Source: Octopus vulgaris (taxonomy: Eukaryota). Taken from it: a DNA stretch of 64,000 bases. This document shows positions 39,817 through 50,329 of this stretch, one piece after another; position 1 is the stretch's first letter, and every line of letters begins with the position of its first letter. Location: positions 22,444,001 to 22,508,000 of the forward strand of contig OX597822.1 of NCBI GenBank assembly GCA_951406725.2, read 5' to 3'. The notes beneath the pieces are model-generated. The model did not search any database and was not told the DNA's origin. It worked only from the letters and a program-made list of their open reading frames with translations. The translations under genes and the position numbers were made by a program.

Positions 39817-40453
39817 TTATTTACACTATTTACATTTGGTGGCTATTTGTCGTCATCTTGATTGTTGTTAACACAACGTTTTGGCTGATATACCCTCCAA
39901 CCTTTATGAGATGTCTTGGGGAAATTTTGAACCTGGGTTCTCATTCCTAAGGTGTTTTTCGATATTATTATTATTATTATTATTGTTATTATTATTCAGG
40001 TCACTGTTTGGAATCAAACTCGGAATCTTGGGGTTAGTCACATACACTCTTAACCACTATGCCATATGCCCATGGGCATATAGCGTTGTGGTTAAGTGCA
40101 TGGGCTACTAACCCTAAGATTCCGAGTTCGATTCCAAGCAGTGACCTGAATAATAATAATAACAATAATAATAATAAACAACCCTAATAATAATAAACAA
40201 CAATAATAATAATAAACAACCCAAGGGTTTGGACCGTTTGAGCGGTCCAAATAATAATAATAATAATAACATCGAAAAATACCTTAGGAATGAGAACCCA
40301 GGTTCGAAAATTCTGCAAGACACCTGATGAAGGCTGGAGGGTATATCAGCCAAAACGTTGTGTTAACAACAAACAAGATGAGGTCAAATATCCATCAAAT
40401 ATAAATAATGTAAATAATGTACATAATTCCTCATCGCTTAAATATAGAACTGT
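39817..40453. mobile_element. Head-to-head palindromic retroelement; each arm is a tRNA-like head, (AAT)n and a hammerhead motif
   Basis: 16-bp TSD atgactctcatttaca at 39801-39816 and 40454-40469. Symmetry axis at 40072/40073. Box A at 40081-40091, box B gagttcgattcc at 40124-40135. Hammerheads at 40319-40364 (+) and 39870-39915 (-). Confidence 0.88.
40319..40364 (+). ncRNA. Minimal type I hammerhead, one core substitution
   Basis: GACAC CUGAUGA A GGCUG gaggguauau CAGCC AAAAC GUU GUGUU. GAAAC has become AAAAC at a CpG. Palindromic stem III ACGU. Confidence 0.7.
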
Positions 40454-41589
40454 ATGACTCTCATTTACAGCTATTACATGTGTCAAGAGTAGACACGCCC
40501 ATGCACTAACACACACAATGGACTCCTTTTAGTGTCCATCTACAAAATCCTCTCACAAGACTTTAGTTAAGCAAGGATTATAGTAGAATACACTTGCACA
40601 AGCTGCCACTGTGAAGTTGAACCCCAGACCACATGGTTAGAAAATAAACATTTTACACACACAATCATGCCTTTACCTTTATATGTATAACTACTTATTT
40701 GCTTCATAGACTGTAAAATGTTGCTCCTGGATAGGTATAGTCATTTGATAACATACTGAACAATTGTCCTACGGTATTGAAATAATGATATCCATGAACT
40801 GGCTTAAAACATAATGTCACTAATGAGTGGAATGAGAAATGCATTTAGCACTTTTTTATCCACTAATAGTAAATGCATAATCACTAGATGCCTTTTGCCA
40901 CCTCATTTGATGACTACAACTTGAGAAAACGTTGATGATTTTGAAAATATAATTTCTTTCTCAGTCAAAAGTTTATTATTTAGCTCTAGCAAATTTGCTG
41001 CCTTCAATACAGTGATTTTAAGTGGGGCAGAGTATGGCCATTGTTTCTGTAGAAATTGATTAGCTTGAATCAGTAAATATTTGAAATTTTGAAGGTTTAT
41101 CAGTTACGCTATTAAATTTCTGATCAAGAAAAATAGCAGACACAGTTAAGGGTGATAGTTTAGCTTCAAATTCAGTCTCAAGCGACTAATATCATGACAA
41201 TGCAGAGATAAGCAGAATCAGAAATTCCAGACAGCAAGATCTTCAACTACTAAGCAGTAAGTGTTTATTTCAATGTTTAGAATCCAATTATATTAAACTC
41301 GTTTCCATCAACAGGTTGCATGTTAAGAGGATTTACAGTAAATTTCATATCAAGCTTTTTTCACAATGTCTTTGTGAACCAAAGACAATTCTCCATGAAC
41401 AAGTTGTGTGCATTTATTGTGCCAGAAAGAACTTTTTGTTTTGGCTTTTGGTGCATTGATATGGTTAATACTATTGGTTCTCAGCAAATCTTTGCAGAGT
41501 ATCCTATCATTTCATAATTAAGACATTGTCAATAGTGGGACATATTATTTATGTCAATATAAAGGTTTTACTAGCTTACTCATCCTTTT

Positions 41590-43080
41590 CATTACTTAGT
41601 AACTGTTACCCATGCTAGCATGGGTTAGATGGTTTGGAGCTCATAAACCAGAGAGCTACACCAGGCTCCAGTCTGTTTTGGTTTGGTTTATATGGCCAGA
41701 TGCCCCTCCTAATACCAACCACTTTATAGAGTGCACTGAGTGTCTTTTACAAGGCACAGGTGCCTTTTACATGTCACTGACACAGGTGCTTATCACATGA
41801 CACTGGCATGGGCACCTCTCATGTGTCATCAGCACTGTCCACAACTACAACTTCACTTAGCTTGATGTATCTTATTGAGCACAGCAAATTGCGAGAAGTC
41901 TCAGGCGCTTGTAATTGCTTCCATGAGGAAATAGCAAGTGATTGAAGATCTTATTTCACCACCTCACCCATGCCTTCCTGGGTTTACCTCTTCCATAAGT
42001 TCCCTTCAGTTAGAGATCAGCTCTTCTTTTTACAGTTATCCTCATCCATATGCATCACATGACCATACCAAGCACTGCCTTCTCTCATGCATGCTACATC
42101 TGATTCCTCTTATACCCAATTTTTGTCTTAAGACACTTACACTCTGTTGCATGTACACACTAACATTACACAGCTAGCAGAGCATACTAGCTTAATTTCT
42201 TTCAAACTTTTGCATGTCCTCTGCAGTCACAGCCTATGTTTCACTGGCATGTAACATGGCAGTTTGCACAAAGGCATCATACAATCTGCCTTCCACTCTG
42301 AGGGAAAGGCCCTTTGTTACCACAAATGTAATAGCTCTCTGAATTTTTCCCACCCCATTTTTATTCTAGCAGCTATGCTCTCAGAGCATCTTCCTCCATT
42401 GCTAACTTGGTCACCTAAGTAATAGGAGATATCTGCTACTTCAAAGTATCCCCTAGGGCATTTGACAAAGTTTATTTTCTGTACATTCTTTGTGTTTATT
42501 GTATCTACACTTTTGCTATACACAAAGACTACTTTCTCTGTTAACCTTTTTCTGATACTGCTTCACCTTTTATGTGTCTGTAGCTTGCACCTAACTGAAT
42601 TTCTGCTGACACCTTTTCTACATTTCGAGTAGAGCCATCTCTCTGAAGAGATTTGTGATTTATCGGTTTTCCTACTTACTAAAGACCTTGGCCTTTGCTG
42701 AATTAACTCTAAGGCCTTTTGATTCCAAACCTTGCTTCCACACTTGAAATTTCTTCTTTAGATTCAGTGATAAGATCAAGGTCATCAGTATAGAGAAGCT
42801 CCTAGTAGCAGCTCATCTTAGATTCCTCTGTTATTGTTTGGAGAACTATAATGAACAAGAGGGAGCTGAGAACCAATCTTTAGTGAACTCCTACCTGTAC
42901 ATCTGAATTCATTGCTCTACTTGTTGCCAATTTTCATCTTACATACAGCACCCCTGTACATGGCTTATACAGCTTTCACTAATCACTCATCTATCCCTAG
43001 CTTCAGCATTGACCACCAAATAAGGGAGCAGGGGATCCTGTCAAAAGCTTTCTCTATGTCAACAAAAGCCAAGTATAGAG
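41590..43080 (-). mobile_element. 5'-truncated decayed RTE-clade LINE with 3' UTR
   Basis: Minus strand LYLAFVDIEKAFDRIP, LLFIIVLQTITEE, ELLYTDDL, YLGDQVSNGGRCSESIAARIKMGWEKFRELL. The 3' UTR matches the tail repeats at 54790-55120 and 60334-60580. Confidence 0.88.
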
Positions 43081-43104
43081 GGGACAGGGTCCACTATCCC
43101 TTAT

Positions 43105-43245
43105 TTGGTATAGCAATGAATTCAGTGTACAAGTAGGAATTCACCAAGGATTGGTTCTCAGCTCCATCTTGTTCATCATAGTTCTCCAGGCCATAACAGA
43201 GGAATTTAAGATGGGCTGCCCTTGGGAGCTCCTCTTTGCTGATGG
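43105..43245 (+). mobile_element. Oppositely oriented RT fragment of the same RTE family
   Basis: SNEFSVQVGIHQGLVLSSILFIIVLQAITEEFKMGCPWELLFAD, an inverted homologue of about 42780-42915. Confidence 0.85.
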
Positions 43246-44719
43246 TTCTCATTAATTAATTGACCAAGCAGTTGTTTCAACAAACATAGCCTTATTCATT
43301 CACTGAGTATGTCCCCTACTAGTAATTTTGAAACATCGAAATTTGTTCCACTTGTACAGTAAACGTTGCCATCTTCTGCCTCCTCTTTTGTAATTTCAGG
43401 CCACTCTGTTTCATCATAGTAACTAGTTGCTGAATCTCCAAAACTTAATATATATAAGTCCAATTTATTGCTCCCATTTGGTTCAAAGTTTAAGATATCT
43501 TTCAACCCAGATAATGAATTTATCAAAGACCTGAGCAGATTTATCCTTTAACTTAGGTGGACTGATTCTTATTAATGACATGGTTGATTAAAGTAATTTC
43601 TGAAGTGTGAAAATTCTTGTAATCCATAATTTTAACTAGTCAATATCTAACCAGAGATTTATTTCACACTTCAAAAGTTGTCAACTAATGAAGTAGTATT
43701 ATTCAACTTATATAATAAACAGCAAGCTGCTATTCTACTACAGACTACTACATAAGAGCATGGAGCCTTAATGATCTCATATCATTTCTACTGTTGGTAA
43801 TTAACAGAATAAAATAAGACAATTATAGAATATCCAACACTACACGTTCTTTGAACTGGTTGCATGATATGTAATGAACTTTCCTTATTCTGATAACAAC
43901 TCTTATTTACCATTTGAGAGGGTCAGTATAATTAAGAGAAACTTGGTTGGAGAATTAGCAAATGTAATTAACAAGAATGCACAACAATGAAATCAAAAGA
44001 CACAGGTTCCAGTGCTTTGGTACCGACAATAAAAACAATCTCCTTTGAACAGTCCAATTCCACAGAAACTTAATAGCCATAAACATCAGTTTCCCTCAAT
44101 TTCGTTATTGTTTGTTTTTGTTTTGTTTATTTGTAATGGCTTAGTGAGAGATATAAGAGTAATACGCTCTATGACTCATACCAAGGTTTCCATGATGGGT
44201 GAGAGGAAGACTGAGGAAGTTATCTACAGATATAATAATGGTTAAAATACTTCCAACAGAGTCAACTCTACCAAGGCATCCAAAGGAGCCAGATGACTGT
44301 TAAATCAGGCAATGGGTTAAGTCTACTATCAAGTTGCAATAATAATCCCTCCCTCCCTACAATAAACCCCCACAGTTTCCATAAAACTCACAAGGTTTTG
44401 ACCAACCCAAGGATATGCTAGAAAGCAATTCATTAATGTGTTACTCAGCAGGTTTGAACCTGAAACCAATGAGATTCTTAGTCACACAGTCATGTTTCAT
44501 TGATGAAACTGGAAATTGGGTTCCCCCAACCATAAAGCCAATTTATTCTTTTGTTTATTTACTTAAATAATTTGAGTTGAAGAAGTAGCCTCTGCACAGA
44601 ACTTGACCTACTACAAACAAAAGTCAAATCTCATAAGTCTGTTTGATATAACTTAGTTAATATTACACTTTGTCGTGGAGTTGGAAGAGGGTGTTAGTGG
44701 CACATAGTCCATGAAGCAT

Positions 44720-45030
44720 ACAAAGCATGAGGATGGTTTCATCTTCATTTTAAGGACGTCTGCAAGGGAGACGGTCTGTACATTCTGAGATGGGAAGAGG
44801 TCGCAAATGATTACCTATGTTGGAAACAAATACTACACAAGGAGATGGAGTGAGGGAAAGAGAAACTGGAACTTGTCACGCAAGAAAAGTGTGCTCAAAG
44901 AAAAGGAAAGTGAGTAGCACCAGTGGAGAGCTTCTTCAAATGCAGTCACTGCATGCAAGACTGCCATTCCTGTGTGGGCCTGTAGAACCACAGCAGATCT
45001 ACAGGCAGTCTGACACAAAATTTTCCAGGC
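44720..45030 (+). mobile_element. 3' fragment of a BovB-like RTE LINE
   Basis: LHFKDVCKGD...WEEVANDYLCWKQILHKE...FKCSHCMQDCHSCVGL*NH, the C-terminal zinc finger. Confidence 0.75.
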
Positions 45031-45237
45031 ACAGATCGAGACCAACAAATGTCTATATCTATCTATATCATGGAGTTGGATAGATGTGACATAGTGAGTG
45101 AGGAGGGGATAGGAGTTCTATTATGTGGGGATTAGTAGGTGTACCAATATGTGTGATGGAGGTTGGATAGGTGTGTCATGCATGGGGAGATTGGATAAGT
45201 GTTCCATTAGGTGAAGAGGGAAATTGGAGAGATGTAC

Positions 45238-45651
45238 CTATTTCTTTACTACCCACAAGGGGCTAAACACAGAGAGGACAAACAAGGACAAACGGATTAA
45301 GTCGATTATATAGACCCCAGTGCATAACTGGTACTTATTTAATCAACCCCGAAAGGATAAAAGGCAAAGTCGACCTCAGGGGAATTTGAACTCAGAACAT
45401 AACCGCAGACAAAATACCTATTTCTTTACTACCCACAAGGGGCTAAACACAGAGAGGACAAACAAGGACAGACAAACGGATTAAGTCGATGATATCGACC
45501 CCAGTACGTAACTGGTACTTATTTAATCGACCCCAAAAGGATGAAAGGCAAAGTCGACCTCGGCGGAATTTGAACTCAGAATGTAACCGCAGACAAAATA
45601 CAGTTAAGCATTTCGCCCGGCGTGCTAACGTTTCTGCTAGCTCGTCGCCTT
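45238..45651 (-). mobile_element. Tandem SINE B dimer (full unit plus 5'-truncated unit) inside one TSD
   Basis: Perfect 15-bp TSD attggagagatgtac at 45223-45237 and 45652-45666. Unit junction at about 45417. Confidence 0.93.
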
Positions 45652-46089
45652 ATTGGAGAGATGTACTATTGAATGGGGATTGGGGTGAGTGTGCCTTTGT
45701 GTGGGTGTTTGGTTAGACAAGTCACTGAATTCCTTTCTGCTATCTTGTCCTTCTGCAAAAATATTTCTTCACCCTCCACTCTGTAAAATAACACTGAAAC
45801 TCTTTAATCAAGACTCAGTTCTCACCTTTTACTATTCCCCATAATTAACTCTAATCAAAAGTGTATGCCTCCTTTATCTATATCGTCTCTGCTTCTTCAA
45901 TATTGTGTTGTTGTCTGACCTTCTCATTACATAGTGTGTCAATCAGTTTTAGTCATTAGTCACTTTTGGAAAGTGACTGTTGCTATAGCTCAGCCACATC
46001 CTCACCAAACAAAAGAAAACGATTGACAGCAGGGAATATGAAGTTAAACATCACAGCTCTTCAATGGGAATGAATTGATTCTTCCTACA

Positions 46090-46197
46090 CGCATACACAT
46101 ATGTATGCACACACACACAGATATATGTACATTCATACACACAGATACATATACATGCATGAGGTTGACATACACATACATACATATATATATGTAC

Positions 46198-46246
<49 letters not shown>

Positions 46247-46265
46247 TAGACATGCATATATATAC

Positions 46266-46305
<40 letters not shown>

Positions 46306-46357
46306 ATACATATATATACATACACGTGTGCAGGCAAACAAAGACAAAGACACATAG

Positions 46358-46392
<35 letters not shown>

Positions 46393-46471
46393 ATATATAT
46401 ACAGATGCAGACATACACACATATATATATGTATACACACACATGCACATATACATACAGACAGACATATG

Positions 46472-46512
<41 letters not shown>

Positions 46513-46660
46513 GGATACACACACAGATGTGTGCGCGTGCACACACACACACCTACAGTTACATGCATACTGGCAAGCATACATATATATATATGCATAC
46601 ATTTGTACACACATACACATATGCAAACAGAAACAGGCATATGCATATATAAACACAGAA
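46090..46660. repeat. Long compound (TA)n/(CA)n microsatellite
   Basis: Direct inspection. Explains seven spurious ORFs. Confidence 0.95.
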
Positions 46661-47539
46661 ACACCTACCCCAACCCTACAAACACTTTCTCAATTCATTT
46701 GCACTTAGTGACTTTTAATAATGAAAAAGACAGTTATAATACTGACACTCATTAACCACGATGACAACACCGATAATAGTATTGATGGTGATGGTGATGA
46801 TGATGATGTTACTAGCAAAGAGATCAGAATGTTCTTGTTGTTAGTGGTGGTGGTGGTGGTGGTGATGCAGGAGGAAAATATTGCTTCTCCTTTGAATTAA
46901 AATTTCTTTGAGAAAGCCAAAATAATTATCCAACCACATCTGAGACTACCATAAATATTATTGCTATTAATTAGCTAAATTTGTTAAATCAAAAACAATG
47001 CCATCTTTTAATACTGTCTCAGGTTGTCACTGTTCTAAAATTTCAAATGGTAAAATAATGTCTTTGAAATATAGTGCTTTGCAACACACACACACTAAGT
47101 CATTACTTTAATTTATTGTTGAATGAGAAAATTATAAGTTAACGAAGTCTGTCACATGGCAAGACTCCATTTGTCTTGAATCTGTGTTATTTAGTCTATG
47201 AGCATGTTTGTTTTTCTCTCAGTATTTTGACAGTCAGTTTAAATTAGTTTGTGTCCTCTTTAGGGTTTCAGCAAAATGTGATTGATAGTTGATTTTGTCT
47301 ATGAGTATTCACTTAACTTTTCTATTCTGACCTCACCACGTCTTCCAAATTATCCACACTATTTTCCATCCATCCATCCATCTTCTCTACCAACTATTCT
47401 GGGGAGTGTTATTGGGTTATAGCCCTCAGGTACCTCCTCCACAGGGTACTGTCAGAAGCAACTGTCATAGCACTTTCTGACCAAATTCCCAAGCATGACT
47501 GACTGAGACAATGGATATTATACAACCATTTTATAGTTG

Positions 47540-48400
47540 GTAATATTTATCTCTGCTCAACTGTGGATGTTTTATTAGAACAACTATACGGTGGGAGATA
47601 CCATGAGTGAAACTTTCATATCGACTTTTGGTGCAACATGAACACTTGTTTATATTACTAGAAGGGAGATAACTACCCACCAACTCCAGTGTTGAAACCA
47701 CTAGATCACGTGGTTTCGACTGTCCTTGGCCTCATTAGAGATGGATGCTTCACAGAAGGATGTACTAGCGACTCATCTCCCTGCTAGTGATATATAATGG
47801 CTGAACATGCACTGGTGAGCTTCTTAAAAATATATATATTAGTAACATAGGCTGTGAAGGCGCATGGCTCAATGGTTAGAGTGTCGAGCTTATGATCGTG
47901 AGGTTGTGAGTTCGAATCCCAGACTTGGCTGCGTGTTGTGTTCTTGAGCAAGACACTTTATTTCACGTTGCTCCAGTTCACTCAGCTGTAGAAATGAGTT
48001 GCGACGTCACAGGTGCCAAGCTGTATCTGCTGTTGCCTTTCCCTTGGATAAAACTGGTGGTGTGCAGAAGTGAGGCCGATATGCTTGGGCGACTGCTGGT
48101 CTTTCATAAACAACCTTGCCCGGACTTAAGCCTGGGTGGGTAACATTCTAGGTGCAATCCCACAGTCAGTCCTGACTGAAGGGGGTCTCAAGTAACATAG
48201 GCTGTATAAATACTGAGAGGTAATATTTATTTCCACTTAAATGTGAGTGTTCTGTTAGAACAAACTATACTGCAGTAGATACCATGAGAGAAGCTCTCAT
48301 ATTGGGAGCATAGTTTTTTCTCTCATGGTAACTACCACAGTACTTTCTCATTTTCTCCCACTGTATAGTTTGTTCTAACAGAGCATTCACATTTAACTGC
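47540..48400. mobile_element. Decayed Penelope-like repeat complex (direct and inverted copies, hammerhead remnant), interrupted by SINE D
   Basis: 47542-47620 repeats directly at 48221-48303 and is inverted at about 48320-48400. IR at 47651-47672/47775-47796. Hammerhead-like remnant at 47698-47744 (-). Confidence 0.55.
47856..48190 (+). mobile_element. tRNA-derived SINE family D, full length
   Basis: Box A tggctcaatgg, box B gagttcgaatccc, CORE-like gtgttcttgagcaagacacttt. Perfect 15-bp TSD agtaacataggctgt at 47841-47855 and 48191-48205. Confidence 0.93.
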
Positions 48401-48527
48401 CTCTGTCACTAATATATATTTTATTCCTGGTTTATCAGTAAGGTCTCCTGCTAGTTGGCTTGGCTTAAAGAATCCATCTTGTGAGTCTTTCCTGTGACAT
48501 TCTAATCACATGTCCAAAGTACTAGAG

Positions 48528-48925
48528 CTCTTTTACTCTTTTACTTGTTTTAGTCATTTGACTGTGGCCATGCCTTTAGTCGAGCAAATCAACCCCAGGA
48601 CTTATTCTTTGTAAGCCTAGTACTTATTCTATCAGTCTCTTTTGCCGAACCGCTAAGTTGTGGGGACCTAAACACACCAGCATCAGTTGTCAAGCAATGT
48701 TGGAGGGACAAACACAGACACAGAAACATGCACACACATACATATATTATACATATATACGACGGGCTTCTTTCAGTTTCCGTCTACCAAATCCACTCAC
48801 AAGGCTTTGGTTGGTCCAAGGCTATAGTAGAAGACACTTGCCTAAGGTGCCCTGCAGTGGGACTGAATCCGGAACCATGTGGTTGGTAAGCAAGCTACTT
48901 ACCACACAACCACTCCTACACCTGT
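48528..48925 (-). mobile_element. SINE family A, near full length
   Basis: Reverse complement of the consensus with a small tail deletion. Confidence 0.9.
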
Positions 48926-49149
48926 GAACTCTCAATGTACAGAAGTAGTGGCTTGACTTGGAGAGACTTCTTGATTTCTGAGTTACACACTCCATGGAGT
49001 AATGTGAACACTGATGACCCTTTACAGGAACACCATTTTGGTTACTTGCATTCATAATAATATTCTTTCGGTCATTATCTAATCTACATACCAAAAGGAA
49101 AAGTACACATTGATTTTGTTTCCACTATTTTGCTTTTTTACTATATGAT

Positions 49150-49490
49150 TATGGGTTCAGTTCCACAGCATGGTACCTTTGGCAAGTGACTACTATTATA
49201 TAACCTCAGGCTGACCAAAGCCTTGCAAGTGGATTTGGTAGAAGGAAACTGAAAGAAGCCCAGTGTGTGTCTTTGTGTCTGTGTTTGTTGCCCACCACTG
49301 CTTGACAACGAGTGTTGTTTTGTTTACATCTCTGTAACCTAGTGGTTCAGCAAAACAGACCAATAGAATAAGTACCATGCTTAAAACAAAGCACTGAGGT
49401 TGATTTATTTGACTAAAAAAATTCTTCAAGGCAGTGTCCTAGCATGACCACAGTCCAAAGACTGAATCAAGTATAAAAGATAAAAGATAA
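49150..49490 (+). mobile_element. Older SINE family A copy
   Basis: gggttcagttccac...ggcaagtg...gaaactgaaagaagcc...aaagataaaagata. Confidence 0.85.
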
Positions 49491-49926
49491 ATGGTACAGG
49501 TCAAATTTGATCCCTTAGGCCCATAATCAAAGGTATTCCAGCTATGACCATTCCATCAAATTTTCAGACATGTATCTAGAACTACATCATTTAATGTGTT
49601 CTTTCTCAGTGACTCAGGCTCTCCTCACTGAATGGGTCGGTAATATGACTTGTCATCATTTTTTCTTCTCTATTAAACATGGAGGTTTTCAAATCTGTCC
49701 CCTCAATATGATCCCTGGATAGGTCAGCATCCATAGTTTTATATATAATATTTCTAGTTTTTTACTTATTTCAGTCATTGCACTGTAGTCATGCTGGAGG
49801 GCTGCTTAAGGGGTTTTAGTTGATCAGTACTCATAGTCCATATTTCTATCAATCACATTTTTCTGAACACCCTAGGGGACACAAACTCTGGGCGTCAAGC
49901 TGTGAGAGAAAAACAAACGCGCACAG

Positions 49927-49961
<35 letters not shown>

Positions 49962-50329
49962 CCCACCTACAAAATCCACTCATAAAGCTTTGGTCAGATG
50001 AAGGCTATAGTAGAAGACACTTGCCCAAGGTGCCATGCAGTGGGACTGAATCTAGAACCATACTTTATTTTAATAAATTTGCCATGTAGGCATAATACAG
50101 AGGGGACAAACATAGACAGACAAACATAGAATGATGAAGTAGCTTAAAACGTTGTTATGAATCGATTAAAAATATGTGAAGGGTGAATAATTAAGGATAA
50201 AATAGAATAAAATACATTGTGTTATGCAATGTGACACCGAAGGAAAGGCATCCGACATCAGGGTAGGGCCTTTGCTTTTCTTCCAGGGCTCCACTTACTT
50301 GGTGCCAATCACTCCCAGCTTTCTTACCA

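Noticed and set aside
40074-40148. tRNA gene with anticodon ACT
   Set aside because: Imperfect acceptor stem, and it is part of a duplicated mobile element. Treated as a tRNA-derived head, as are the heads at 7410 and 47856.
43296-43526. 76-aa ORF with protein-like composition
   Set aside because: No recognisable domain, no good splice sites, and bounded by stops. Possibly part of an ancient transposon, like 36900-38620 and 40690-41520, which I could not classify.
46044-46755. Long ORFs up to 226 aa (likewise those at 15667-15888, 17356-17741, 32680-32991, 33961-34266 and 39034-39471)
   Set aside because: Translations of (TA)n/(CA)n/(GATA)n microsatellites (YIYI, HTHT, LSIY), not genes.
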